Positions 49,239 to 60,556 are shown, counted from the first letter of the stretch. The stretch: DNA of 61,781 bases from Caldimonas sp. (GCF_046289365.1 NZ_JBKBVU010000001.1:1-61781); one strand, 5' to 3'. The notes: generated from the letters alone by a model not told the origin. Numbers and translations: made by a program.

Positions 49239-49289
49239 GCCCTTTCACGATTTTTCCTCCACCCCAGCACCACCCAGCGGAGAGCTTGA

Positions 49290-50717
<1,428 letters not shown>

Positions 50718-50737
50718 AGCGGGCCCAAGGAACCACG

Positions 50738-52018
50738 ATGGACATGGCAACGCAGACGGTCATCATCAAGCAGCACCTGATCGACCCGGAGATCTGCATC
50801 CGCTGCAACACCTGCGAGGCGACCTGCCCGGTCGGTGCGATCACGCACGACGACCGCAACTACGTGGTGCGCGCCGACGTCTGCAACGCCTGCATGGCCT
50901 GCGTGCCGCCGTGCCCGACCGGGGCCATCGACAACTGGCGCACGATGCCCCGGGCGCTGGCCTACCCCATCGAGGCGCAGCTCACCTGGGACGAACTGCC
51001 GCCGGAGCTCAGCGAGGACCAGCTCACCGCGGCCGGGGTGGTGCTGCCCGAGGCCGCGCGGGCCGGCATCGCACCGGCGCCGCTGGCCCCGGCGGTCGAT
51101 CCGGCGGGCGAGCTGCCCCTCGATGCCGCCACCTACGGCGCCGTCGTCCCACCGTGGTCGGCCGCGCATCCCTACACCAACCTCTACGGCCCGAAGAACC
51201 CCACCACGGCCACCGTGGTGGGCAATGTCAAGGTGAACGAGGCCGGCACCGAGAACGAGACCCACCACATCGTGCTCGACTTCGGGTCCATGCCCTTCCC
51301 GGTGCTGGAGGGTCAGTCCATTGCCATCGTTCCGCCTGGCGCAGATGCCCACGGCAGGCCCCATCACGCGCGCCAGTACTCCATTGCGAGCCCCCGCAAC
51401 GGCGAGCGGCCCGGCTACAACAACGTGTCGATCACGGTCAAGCGGGTGACGTCCGACCACCAGGGCCGGCCGGTGCGCGGTGTGGCGTCGAACTACCTGT
51501 GCGACCTGAAGGTCGGCGATACCGTGCAGGTGATCGGGCCCTTCGGCACCAGCTTCCTGATGCCCAACCATCCGCGCTCGAACATCGTGATGATCTGCAC
51601 CGGCACGGGCAGCGCGCCGATGCGCGCAATGACCGAGTGGCGCCGCCGTTTACGCGCCAGCGGCAAGTTCGAGGGTGGCAAGCTCATGCTCTTCTTCGGC
51701 GCGCGCACGAAGGAGGAGTTGCCCTACTTCGGCCCGCTGATGAAGCTGCCCAAGGACTTCATCGACGTCAACCTGGCCTTTTCGCGCACGCCTGGCGCCC
51801 CGAAGCGCTACGTGCAGGACCTGATGCGTGAGCGTGCCGTCGACCTGGCCGAACTGCTGCGCAGCCCCGACACCTGCATCTATGTCTGCGGGCTCAAGAG
51901 CATGGAGGAGGGCGTGTTGCTGGCCTTGCGCGATGTGGCCCAGCAGGCGGGCTTGTCCTGGGAGATCCTGGGCCAGACCCTCAAGCGCGAGGGTCGGCTG
52001 CATCTGGAGACCTACTGA
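50738..52018 (+). CDS. boxA: Benzoyl-CoA 2,3-epoxidase reductase subunit A
   Basis: Two CxxCxxCxxxCP ferredoxin motifs; [20 protein letters not shown] and HLETY of an FNR domain. Confidence 0.95.
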   Translation: MDMATQTVIIKQHLIDPEICIRCNTCEATCPVGAITHDDRNYVVRADVCNACMACVPPCPTGAIDNWRTMPRALAYPIEAQLTWDELPPELSEDQLTAAGVVLPEAARAGIAPAPLAPAVDPAGELPLDAATYGAVVPPWSAAHPYTNLYGPKNPTTATVVGNVKVNEAGTENETHHIVLDFGSMPFPVLEGQSIAIVPPGADAHGRPHHARQYSIASPRNGERPGYNNVSITVKRVTSDHQGRPVRGVASNYLCDLKVGDTVQVIGPFGTSFLMPNHPRSNIVMICTGTGSAPMRAMTEWRRRLRASGKFEGGKLMLFFGARTKEELPYFGPLMKLPKDFIDVNLAFSRTPGAPKRYVQDLMRERAVDLAELLRSPDTCIYVCGLKSMEEGVLLALRDVAQQAGLSWEILGQTLKREGRLHLETY

Positions 52019-52058
52019 TCACAAAGCTCGATGCAGCCGGCACGAATCTCCGTTGACG

Positions 52059-52084
52059 AAGAAGCCGGCGGGTGCCGGCTTTTC
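52059..52084. terminator. Likely bidirectional terminator between boxA and the HU gene
   Basis: AAGCCGGC-gggt-GCCGGCTT-TTT with an A-rich 5' flank. Confidence 0.7.
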
Positions 52085-52119
52085 GATGCCGTCGGGACGG
52101 GGCCGCAGGGCCCCGGTCC

Positions 52120-52470
52120 TCACTTGCCCTTCTTGGGGGCCTTCTTGGCCGCGGCCTTGGGGGCCGGAGCCTTGGCGGCCTTGCGGGCGGCGGCCTTGGG
52201 GTCCACGGCGGCCTTGAAGCCGGCGCCCGGGGTGAACTTGGGCAGCTTGGCCGCAGCGATCTTGATCTTGGCGCCGGTGGCGGGGTTCACGCCGTTGCGG
52301 GCGGCGCGGGCGTGCTGCTTGAAAGAGCCGAAGCCCGGCAGCGTCACGGCATCCCCCTTCTTGACGCTCGTGACGATCGCGTCGAGCAGGGTCTCCAGGA
52401 TGCGGCCGGCCTCGGCCTTGGACAGATCGTGCTTGGAAGCCAGGTGTTCAACCAGTTCGGTCTTGTTCAT
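52120..52470 (-). CDS. HU-family DNA-binding protein with Lys/Ala/Pro-rich C-terminal tail
   Basis: MNKTELVE, GFGSF, ARNGVNPATG, PKFTPG; tail PKAAARKAAKAPAPKAAAKKAPKKGK. Confidence 0.92.
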   Translation of the reverse strand: MNKTELVEHLASKHDLSKAEAGRILETLLDAIVTSVKKGDAVTLPGFGSFKQHARAARNGVNPATGAKIKIAAAKLPKFTPGAGFKAAVDPKAAARKAAKAPAPKAAAKKAPKKGK

Positions 52471-52591
52471 GCGTTCGATATCAGAGTTCAAAGAAATGCC
52501 CGATCCATTCGGGTCGCGCGATTGTGCCGCATCTGAAGGCCGTTTCCCGAGCGCTTGCCTGGTCAAGGGCCGCCGCAGGCGGCCGTCGCGC

Positions 52592-53458
52592 TCAGGCCAG
52601 CTGCGCCGTGGCGCTCATTGCCAAGGCGCCTTCATGATCGGTGGCCCACAGCCGCACGTGGCCTTCGGTCCCGGCCGCCGCGTGCAGCGTAAAGGGGTGG
52701 ATGTCGAACAGCGCACGCACGGCCCGGAAGCTGAATTGACGCACCGTCACGGGCCCTTGTTCGCGGTGCAGCCACTCCAGCAGCAGCGTGGCGATCAGCG
52801 GACCATGCACCACCAAGCCCGGGTAGCCTTCGGCCTGCGTGGCGTAGGTGCGGTCGTAATGGATGCGGTGGCCGTTGAAGGTGAGCGCCGAGTAGCGGAA
52901 CAGCAGCACCGGATCGGGGGTGATCTTGCGCGACCAGGTCCGAGCCTGCGGGACGGTCTCGGAGGCGCCGTGGCCCGTGCGGTCGGCGGTCGCTGGTGCG
53001 GGCCCGGGCCGTTCCCGGTAGACGATGTCGTGTTCTTCCTCCAGTGCCAGGCCAGCGGCTTGGTGCACCTCATGGCGGACCGTGACGAACACCAGCGCAC
53101 CCGAACGACCTTGGGTCGATCGAATCCCGGTGATGCGCGAGCTGCGCTCGATCGCCTGCCCGATGCGAAGCGGCTCGATGAAGTTCAGCCGCCCGCCGGC
53201 CCACATGCGTCGCGGCAGGCGCACTGGTGGCAGGAAATCGCCGCGGCGGGCATGACCGTCGGCTCCCAGTTGCGACTGTCGATGCAAAGGCAGGAAGTAC
53301 AGCCAGTGCCACAGTGGCGGCAGCACATCGCCGGGGCCTGGCGGCGGATCCTCGCGATCGAGCACGGCCGCCAAGGCGGCCACCGGACCTGGGGTGACGA
53401 TGTCATGCCGATGCTCGGATCGGCCGATCCACTCGGCATAGGGCTCAGACGCATCCAT
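52592..53458 (-). CDS. Double hot-dog (MaoC-like) acyl-CoA hydratase, itaconyl-/mesaconyl-C4-CoA hydratase-like
   Basis: LPPLWHW, RRMWAGG, LFRYSALTFNGHRIHYD, GLVVHGPL. Confidence 0.8.
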   Translation of the reverse strand: MDASEPYAEWIGRSEHRHDIVTPGPVAALAAVLDREDPPPGPGDVLPPLWHWLYFLPLHRQSQLGADGHARRGDFLPPVRLPRRMWAGGRLNFIEPLRIGQAIERSSRITGIRSTQGRSGALVFVTVRHEVHQAAGLALEEEHDIVYRERPGPAPATADRTGHGASETVPQARTWSRKITPDPVLLFRYSALTFNGHRIHYDRTYATQAEGYPGLVVHGPLIATLLLEWLHREQGPVTVRQFSFRAVRALFDIHPFTLHAAAGTEGHVRLWATDHEGALAMSATAQLA

Positions 53459-53690
53459 GGCGGCCTCGTCATGCGACACACAGTTGGTGATTGTGGAGCC
53501 GCGCGCGGGATCGGATCGCAGGGCGGAACCGGCCGTCATGCTTTGTCGCCAAGGTGACGCAGCGTCTCGATGCTTACCCTGATCGCACAGGCTTTACCTG
53601 GCGGATCGTGCTCACTACGATCGGAAGCGGCGTCACCGGCAGTGGTCCATCACGCCGTTCATCGACGCATCGACAGGAAGGAACTCGCCC

Positions 53691-55355
53691 ATGTCCGACC
53701 GGCATTTCGCCTTCTGGCCGGAGCACGCCACGCGGCACCTGCACGTGCCGCAGACGCATCTGTACCGCAACGTCGAGGTCTCGGCGATGCGCTACCCCGA
53801 CAAGCCGTTCCTCATCTTCTACGACACGCCGCTCACCTTCGCGCGTTTCCAGGACGAGACCGAACGCATCGCGGGCTACCTGCAACAGGTGTGTGGGGTG
53901 CGCAAAGGCGATCGGGTGCTGCTGGACATGCAGAACAGCCCCCAGTTCATGCTGGCCTACTACGGCATCTTGCGTGCCGATGCGGTGGTCGTGCCGGTCA
54001 ACCCGATGAACCTCACGGCGGAGCTGGAGCACTACGCGCGCGACAGCGGTGCACGCGTGGCCTTCGTGGCCCAGGAGCTTTACGGGCGCATGGAGCCCCT
54101 GCTGGGCCGAGTGCTCGAGCATCTGATCGTCGCCACCTATGGCGACTACGCCACCGAGCCCACCGACCTGCCGGTGCCCGAGTTCGTGTCGGCCAAGCGC
54201 ATGGCCCTCGGCACCCCCGGCGCCGTCGCCTGGAACGAGGTGATCGCCGCCCGGCTGCGCCCCGGCCCGATCCTCGCCGGCCCGGACGATCTGGCCGTGA
54301 TGCCCTACACCTCGGGCACCACCGGGCAGCCCAAGGGCTGCATGCACACCCACCGCACCACCATGTACAACGTTGCGGCCGGCAGCATCTGGTGGAAGGC
54401 CAACGCCGGCCAGGTGGGCATGGCCATCCTGCCGCTCTTCCACGTCACCGGCATGCAGGCCGGCATGAACGGGCCGCTTTACACCGGCAGCACCATCGTG
54501 ATCCTGCCCCGGTGGGACCGCGACGCCTGCGCCTTGTGTGTGCAAAAGCATGGCGTCTACGGCCTGGCCCTCATCACCGCGATGGTGATCGACTTCGTGG
54601 CCAACCCGCGCCTGCCCGATTACGACCTCAGCAGCCTGCGCCGCATCGCCGGCGGCGGCGCGGCCATGCCCAAGGCCGTGGCCCATGCGCTCGAACACAA
54701 GCTGGGCCTGCGCTATGGCGAAGGCTACGGCATGACCGAGACCATGGCCGCCACGCACAGCAACCCGCCCGATGCCCCCAAGGCCCAGTGTCTGGGCGTG
54801 CCGCTGTTCGATGTGGACGCGCGTGTGGTCGACCCGGCGACTTGGCGCGAGCTGCCCCCGGGGGAGGTGGGCGAGATCGTCGTGCACGGCCCGCAGGTGA
54901 TGCTGGGCTACTGGAACCAGCCCGAGGCCACGGCCCAGGCCTTCGTCGAGATCGACGGCAAGCGCTTCTTGCGCACCGGTGATCTGGGCACCACCGACGA
55001 GGACGGCTACTTCTTCTTCATCGACCGGCTCAAGCGCATGATCAACGCGGCCGGTTTCAAGGTGTGGCCTGCCGAAGTGGAGGCGCTGCTGTATCAGCAC
55101 CCGGCCGTGCAGGAGGTCTGCGTCATCGCCGCGCTCGACCCGCGCCGGGGCGAAACTGTCAAGGCCGTGATCGTGCGCAAGCCCGGGGTGGCCGGCGAGG
55201 TGAGCGAGCAGCAGATCATCGACTGGTCGCACGAGCACATGGCGGCCTACAAGGTGCCGCGCATCGTCGAGTTCGTCGACAGCCTGCCCAAGTCGGGTAC
55301 CGGCAAGGTGATGTGGCGCGAGCTGCAAGAGCGCGAGCGCCGGGCCGCGTCCTGA
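53691..55355 (+). CDS. Long-chain fatty acid-CoA ligase family protein
   Basis: YTSGTTGQPKG, EGYGMTE, RTGD, DRLKRMI, PKSGTGK. Confidence 0.9.
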   Translation: MSDRHFAFWPEHATRHLHVPQTHLYRNVEVSAMRYPDKPFLIFYDTPLTFARFQDETERIAGYLQQVCGVRKGDRVLLDMQNSPQFMLAYYGILRADAVVVPVNPMNLTAELEHYARDSGARVAFVAQELYGRMEPLLGRVLEHLIVATYGDYATEPTDLPVPEFVSAKRMALGTPGAVAWNEVIAARLRPGPILAGPDDLAVMPYTSGTTGQPKGCMHTHRTTMYNVAAGSIWWKANAGQVGMAILPLFHVTGMQAGMNGPLYTGSTIVILPRWDRDACALCVQKHGVYGLALITAMVIDFVANPRLPDYDLSSLRRIAGGGAAMPKAVAHALEHKLGLRYGEGYGMTETMAATHSNPPDAPKAQCLGVPLFDVDARVVDPATWRELPPGEVGEIVVHGPQVMLGYWNQPEATAQAFVEIDGKRFLRTGDLGTTDEDGYFFFIDRLKRMINAAGFKVWPAEVEALLYQHPAVQEVCVIAALDPRRGETVKAVIVRKPGVAGEVSEQQIIDWSHEHMAAYKVPRIVEFVDSLPKSGTGKVMWRELQERERRAAS

Positions 55356-55454
55356 GCGGCGGTTTACAGCCCCCCCTTGGCTGGCTAGCATGAAACGTTT
55401 TCAGCATCTTGTTCTGCAATGCAGAACATTCATCCCGTCTCCTTTGGAGCTTTC

Positions 55455-56798
55455 ATGAGCAGTGCCTCTTCGTCTTCCCGTCCCGCCCAGGCCGACGTGC
55501 CGCCGCAGGTCGCTGCCTTCATCGAGCGCGCCGAGCGTGTGGCCGCGCAGATTCCCGACGTGCCGGCCGACACGCCGCTGCGTACAGTGCGCAAGGTGGG
55601 CGTGGTCGGCGCGGGCACCATGGGCGGCGGCATCACGATGAACTTCCTCAATGCCGGGTTGCCCGTCGTGCTGCTGGAGATGAAGCAGGAGGCGCTCGAC
55701 CGCGGCCTGGCCACCATCGGCCGCAACTACGAGAACTCGGTGAAGAAGGGCAAGCTCACGGCCGAGCAGGTCCAGGCGCGCATGGCCTTGATCACGCCCA
55801 CGCTGGCCTACGACGCCTTGCGCGATGTCGATCTCGTCATCGAAGCGGTGTTCGAGGACATGAGCGTCAAGGAAACGGTCTTCAAGACGCTCGATGACAT
55901 CGTCCAGCCGGGCGCCATCCTGGCGTCGAACACCTCCTACCTCAACATCGACCGCATCGCCGCCTTCACGAAGCGCCCGCAGGATGTGCTGGGCCTGCAC
56001 TTTTTCAGCCCGGCCAACGTGATGCGCCTGCTCGAGGTGGTACGTGGCGCCAAGACGGCACCCGATGTACTGGCCACCAGCATGGCGCTGGCCAAGACCA
56101 TCGGCAAGGTGGCGGTGGTGTCGGGCGTGTGCGACGGCTTCATCGGCAACCGCATGCTCGCGCGCTACGGCGCGGCCGCGCAGGGCCTGATCCACGCCGG
56201 GGCGCTGCCGCAGCAGGTCGACGGCGCCTTGCAGGCCTTTGGCATGGCCATGGGCCCTTTCCGCATGGGCGACCTGGCAGGCCTGGACATCGGCTGGGCC
56301 ACGCGCAAGCGGCGTGCGGCCGAGGCGGGCGTGCCCCTGCAACCCAGCGTGGCCGACATGCTTTGCGAGGCCGGCCGCTTCGGGCAGAAGACGGGCGCGG
56401 GCTGGTATCGCTACGAGGCCGGCAGCCGCGAGCCGCTGCCCGATCAGGTGACCGAGCAGCTCATCGTCGACTACCGTGCCGCCCGGGGCATCACGCCGCG
56501 TGCGATCAGCGACGAGGAGGTGGTGCAGCGCTGCATCTATGCCCTGGTGAACGAGGGCGCACGCATCCTGGAGGAAGGCATCGCTGCACGCGCCTCGGAC
56601 ATCGACCTCGTCTACCTCCACGGCTACGGCTTTCCGAAGCATCGGGGCGGGCCGATGTACTACGCCGATACCGTGGGCCTGGCCGAGGTGCTGCGCTGCC
56701 TGGAACGCTTTGCCGCCGAGCCGGGGGCCGACCCGTCCTGGCAGCCTGCCGCGCTGCTGCGCCGGCTGGCCGCCCAAGGCCGAGGCTTCCACGCCTGA
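55455..56798 (+). CDS. 3-hydroxyacyl-CoA dehydrogenase lacking the N-terminal hydratase domain
   Basis: GGAG RBS; [32 protein letters not shown], duplicated C-terminal domain. Confidence 0.88.
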   Translation: MSSASSSSRPAQADVPPQVAAFIERAERVAAQIPDVPADTPLRTVRKVGVVGAGTMGGGITMNFLNAGLPVVLLEMKQEALDRGLATIGRNYENSVKKGKLTAEQVQARMALITPTLAYDALRDVDLVIEAVFEDMSVKETVFKTLDDIVQPGAILASNTSYLNIDRIAAFTKRPQDVLGLHFFSPANVMRLLEVVRGAKTAPDVLATSMALAKTIGKVAVVSGVCDGFIGNRMLARYGAAAQGLIHAGALPQQVDGALQAFGMAMGPFRMGDLAGLDIGWATRKRRAAEAGVPLQPSVADMLCEAGRFGQKTGAGWYRYEAGSREPLPDQVTEQLIVDYRAARGITPRAISDEEVVQRCIYALVNEGARILEEGIAARASDIDLVYLHGYGFPKHRGGPMYYADTVGLAEVLRCLERFAAEPGADPSWQPAALLRRLAAQGRGFHA

Positions 56799-56823
56799 GC
56801 CCGCAGGGCAGGCTGCTCCGAGG

Positions 56824-56957
56824 TACAATATTCGGTCGCTCGCAGAGCGCAGCACACCGTCAGCACACCGTCGGGTGGCCCTGGCCGACGGGCCGTGGTC
56901 CACGGCATTGGCCCTGCGAACGAAGGCGTGGCACGGCCTGGCGCCGTGCCTTCCTGT
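56824..56957 (+). ncRNA. Candidate sRNA or structured leader with its own -10 element
   Basis: TACAAT at 56824-29, four hairpins, a tandem CAGCACACCGT repeat and a terminal GC hairpin followed by TTCCTGT. No family recognised. Confidence 0.35.
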
Positions 56958-57108
56958 CCCCAACCGGCCGCATCCCGGCCTTGCGCACCGACAGCTCGCA
57001 TGCCCGGCCCCCTGCGCCGTCCTGGCGTTCCGGTTCATCCCGGCGCGGCGGCGGTCGGCGTGGCGTGTGCAGCGCCGCAGTCGGCACGATATCCGAAGGC
57101 TTCCAGTC

Positions 57109-57321
57109 ATGAGCAGCAAACCGGTCACCACCAAGATCAAGGAAGATGGGCTGCGCTACCGCTCCAAGGTGGGCGGCTCGCCCTTCGTGGGCAACGGCAA
57201 CACCCGCTCGTGCTTCAAGTGCGGCAAGCACCGCACGCCCGACCAGCTCCAGCCCAAGCGTGTGCTGGGGCGCACCGAGATGGTGTGCAAGCCCTCCTGC
57301 AAGGACCTCGAGAAGTCCTGA
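57109..57321 (+). CDS. Small basic hypothetical protein (70 aa) with CxxC...CxxxC
   Basis: MSSKPVTTKIKEDGLRYRSK...SCFKCGKHR...MVCKPSCKDLEKS; almost all codons end in G/C; 25 bp upstream of greB. Confidence 0.75.
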   Translation: MSSKPVTTKIKEDGLRYRSKVGGSPFVGNGNTRSCFKCGKHRTPDQLQPKRVLGRTEMVCKPSCKDLEKS

Positions 57322-57346
57322 TTCCCACCGCCTGTCAGGGGGTGAG

Positions 57347-57913
57347 ATGAGCAAGGCATTCACGAAGGAAAGCGACACCGCCGGGGACGACGACGCGCCC
57401 GAGCTGCCTGCCCTGCCGCAAGGCGCGCGCAACTACATGACGCCTCAGGGCTACGCCCGGCTGCGGGCTGAGCTGGTGGCGCTGGTCAACGACGAACGGC
57501 CCAAGGTCGTCGAGGTGGTGTCCTGGGCGGCCTCCAACGGCGACCGTTCCGAGAACGGCGACTATCTCTACGGCAAGAAGCGGCTGCGCGAGATCGACCG
57601 TCGCATCCGCTACCTCACCAAGCGCCTGGAGATTGCCGAGGTGGCCGATCCCTCCATCCATCACGGCAAGGACCAGGTCTTCTTCGGTGCCACCGTCACC
57701 TACGCCAACGCGCGCGGCGAGGAGCGCACGGTGACGATCAAGGGCGTCGACGAGGTCGATCCCTTGCAAGGGGAGGTGAGCTGGGTCTCACCGATCGCGT
57801 GGGCCTTGCTGCGCGCCCGGGAGGGCGACGAGGTGTCCCTGGTCACACCCGGCGGGGTGGAGCGAATCGAGATCCTGGAGGTGCGCTACCCGGCACCGGG
57901 CGCCCCTCAGTGA
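57347..57913 (+). CDS. greB: Transcription elongation factor GreB
   Basis: MSKAFTKE, WAASNGDRSENGDYLYGKKRLREIDRRIR, VSPIA. Confidence 0.95.
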   Translation: MSKAFTKESDTAGDDDAPELPALPQGARNYMTPQGYARLRAELVALVNDERPKVVEVVSWAASNGDRSENGDYLYGKKRLREIDRRIRYLTKRLEIAEVADPSIHHGKDQVFFGATVTYANARGEERTVTIKGVDEVDPLQGEVSWVSPIAWALLRAREGDEVSLVTPGGVERIEILEVRYPAPGAPQ

Positions 57914-60183
57914 GACTTGACCCGCGCCACCCGCAGCACCAGCGGTGAGCGCTTGAGCGTGCGCAGCACCTGGGCCAGGTGGACGCGGTCGCGCACCGAC
58001 AGCAGCAGCTTCAGTTCGGTGGTCGACTGCCCGGGGTCATGGCCCATGTCGATGTGGGTGATGTCGGCCTCGGCTTCGCTGACGGCCTGGGCCACCTTGG
58101 CCAGCACCCCTTTCTGGTTGAGCACCAGCAGTGTGACGGCCGTGTCGAAGCTGCGCGTGAGCTCCTCGGCCCATTCCACGGCGATCCATCGTTCGCTGTC
58201 GCGTTGGTACAGGCGTTTGCCGACGTTGCACTCGCCGGTGTGCACCACCAGCCCTTCGCCCCGGCCCAGATAGCCCACGATCGCATCGCCCGGAATGGGG
58301 CGACAGCAGGTGGCCATCTGCACCGTGCCACCCTCGCTGCCGTCCAGGGTGATCATCGCCTGGGTGGGGGTGATGTCGTCGGTGAGATAGCGGCTCATCG
58401 ACAGGGTCAGCGCGTCGGGCTTGGTGCCGGCCTCGACCAGCAGTTTGGCCAGGCGCTTGGCCACGATGGTGGCGATCTTGCGGCCCAGGCCGATGTCGAT
58501 CAGCAGTTCGCGTTTGCTGCGGTTGCCACTCCAGCGGATCAGCGTCTGCCACAGCGCGGTGGCCGGGCCATGGGTCTCGTCGCCGGCGGGCATGTGCAGG
58601 CCTTCGCCGCGCATGGCCTGCGCCAGCAGCTTCTCGCCCAGATCCAGCGACTCCTCCTGCTTCATGTTCTTCAGGTAGTGCCGGATCTTCGAGCGCGCCC
58701 GGCCGGTGCGCACGAAGCTCAGCCAGGCCGGGTTGGGCCTCGAGACGGGCGCGGTGATCACCTCCACCACATCGCCGCTGCGCAGCTCGGTGCGCAGCGG
58801 CACCTGCTCGCCGTTGACCTTCGCGGCGACGATGTGGTTGCCGATGTCGGAGTGGATGGCGTAGGCGAAGTCCACCGGCGTGGCCCCGCGCGGCAGCGCC
58901 AGGATCTTCGACTTGGGGGTGAAGACGTAGACCGCATCGGGAAAGAGGTCCACCTTGACATGCTCGAGGAACTCGGCGGCGTCGCGTGTCTCGTCCTGGA
59001 TGTCCAGCAGCGACTGCAGCGACACCGTGCCCAGACGCTGCGCCTCGGAGGCCTCGGCAGCATCGCCCGCCTTGTACAGCCAGTGCGCCGCGATGCCCTT
59101 TTCGGCCACCATGTGCATCGCCTCGGTGCGGATCTGGAACTCCACCGCGGTGCCGAGCGGGCTCACCAGCGTGGTGTGCAGCGACTGGTAGCCGTTGGCC
59201 TTGGGAATGGCGATGTAGTCCTTGAAGCGCCCAGGCATGGGCTTGTAGAGCTGGTGCAGCACGCCCAGGGCCAGATAACACTCCGGCAGGGTGTTGACCA
59301 CGATGCGAAAACCGAAGATGTCGCTCACCTGTGCGAAGCTCAGGTGCTTTTCTCGCATCTTGGTGTAGATGGAGTAGAGCGTCTTCTCGCGGCCGTAGAT
59401 CTGGATCTTCAGCGAGGATTCGGCGAAGGCCTTCTCCACGTCGGCCTGGATGCGGTTGACCAGGTCGCGCCGGTAGCCACGGGCGCGCTGCACGGCCTTG
59501 TTCAGGGCCGCGTAGCGCCAGGGCAGCAGGTGGGCGAAGGACAGCTCCTGCAGCTCGCGGTAGACCTGGTTCAGGCCCAGCCGGTGGGCGATGGGGGCGT
59601 AGATGTCCAGGGTCTCACGGGCGATGCGCTCGCGCTTGGCCGGCGGCATGGCCTGCATCGTGCGCATGTTGTGCAGCCGGTCGGCCAGCTTGATCAGCAC
59701 GACACGCACGTCGCGCGCCATCGCCAGCAGCATTTTGCGGAAGGATTCCGCCTGGGACTCCTCGCGCGTGGAGAACTGGAGCTTGTCCAGCTTGGTGAGC
59801 CCGTCCACGAGTTCGGCGGTGGCGGTGCCGAAGCGTTCGGCCAGCTCGAGCTTGGTGGCGCCGCTGTCCTCCATCACGTCGTGCATCAGTGCGGCCATGA
59901 TGGCCTGGGCATCGAGCTTCCACTCGCTGCACAGGCCCGCCACCGCGATCGGGTGGGTGATGTAGGGTTCCCCACTGGCGCGGAACTGGCCCAGGTGGGC
60001 CGCATCGGCGTACTTGTAGGCCTCGCGGATACGCCGGATGTCGGCTTCGTCGAGGTAGTCGAGCTTGTGGGTGAGGGCCGCGAAGGAGGCCGCTGCGGCA
60101 TCGGCGTGGGCAGGCGCCACCGCCTCGGGCGCAGGCGGGCGCTTGCTGGCGGCAACGGGAGCGGTGGCGGATCGGGCGGCCAT
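57907..60183 (-). CDS. spoT: Bifunctional (p)ppGpp synthetase/hydrolase
   Basis: RASGEPYITHP, HD motif (MHDVMED), KLADRLHNMRT, RFKDY, TGS and ACT domains; follows rpoZ. Confidence 0.95.
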   Translation of the reverse strand: MAARSATAPVAASKRPPAPEAVAPAHADAAAASFAALTHKLDYLDEADIRRIREAYKYADAAHLGQFRASGEPYITHPIAVAGLCSEWKLDAQAIMAALMHDVMEDSGATKLELAERFGTATAELVDGLTKLDKLQFSTREESQAESFRKMLLAMARDVRVVLIKLADRLHNMRTMQAMPPAKRERIARETLDIYAPIAHRLGLNQVYRELQELSFAHLLPWRYAALNKAVQRARGYRRDLVNRIQADVEKAFAESSLKIQIYGREKTLYSIYTKMREKHLSFAQVSDIFGFRIVVNTLPECYLALGVLHQLYKPMPGRFKDYIAIPKANGYQSLHTTLVSPLGTAVEFQIRTEAMHMVAEKGIAAHWLYKAGDAAEASEAQRLGTVSLQSLLDIQDETRDAAEFLEHVKVDLFPDAVYVFTPKSKILALPRGATPVDFAYAIHSDIGNHIVAAKVNGEQVPLRTELRSGDVVEVITAPVSRPNPAWLSFVRTGRARSKIRHYLKNMKQEESLDLGEKLLAQAMRGEGLHMPAGDETHGPATALWQTLIRWSGNRSKRELLIDIGLGRKIATIVAKRLAKLLVEAGTKPDALTLSMSRYLTDDITPTQAMITLDGSEGGTVQMATCCRPIPGDAIVGYLGRGEGLVVHTGECNVGKRLYQRDSERWIAVEWAEELTRSFDTAVTLLVLNQKGVLAKVAQAVSEAEADITHIDMGHDPGQSTTELKLLLSVRDRVHLAQVLRTLKRSPLVLRVARVKSH

Positions 60184-60234
60184 GGCGGGAATTTAGCGCG
60201 GATTGTCCACCATTGCCTGCCAACACCCAATACG

Positions 60235-60263
60235 ACCGCGCCCGATGCGGGATCGGGCGCGGT
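60235..60263 (-). terminator. Hairpin between rpoZ and spoT (possible weak terminator)
   Basis: 12-bp stem ACCGCGCCCGAT/ATCGGGCGCGGT with only a weak U-tract on -. Confidence 0.5.
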
Positions 60264-60314
60264 GCGACGGGGTCGTCGAGAGAGCCCGCCGTCGTCGAGG
60301 GGGCGCGACGCGGG

Positions 60315-60518
60315 TCAGATCGGGACCTTGCGCAGCATCTCCAGTCCGACCTCGCCGGCGGCGATCTCGCGCAGCGCGGTCACGCCGGGCTTGTTTTTGG
60401 TCTCGATCTTCGGGGCGTGACCCTGGCTGAGCATGCGGGCGCGGTAGGTGGCCGCCAGCACGAGCTGGAAGCGGTTCGGGATCTTCTTCAGGCAGTCTTC
60501 GACGGTGATGCGGGCCAT
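60315..60518 (-). CDS. rpoZ: RNA polymerase omega subunit
   Basis: [10 protein letters not shown]...[14 protein letters not shown]...ALREIA; GGAG RBS. Confidence 0.96.
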   Translation of the reverse strand: MARITVEDCLKKIPNRFQLVLAATYRARMLSQGHAPKIETKNKPGVTALREIAAGEVGLEMLRKVPI

Positions 60519-60556
60519 GGACACTCCGAAGGGCGCGCCGGGGCGCGCCTTGTGGG

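Noticed and set aside
55391-55403. TGAAACGTTTTCA as a LacI-type operator
   Set aside because: Asymmetric, single copy, and no LacI gene in the window.
56850-56871. Tandem repeat as a CRISPR remnant
   Set aside because: Two abutting 11-mers with no spacers and no cas genes.
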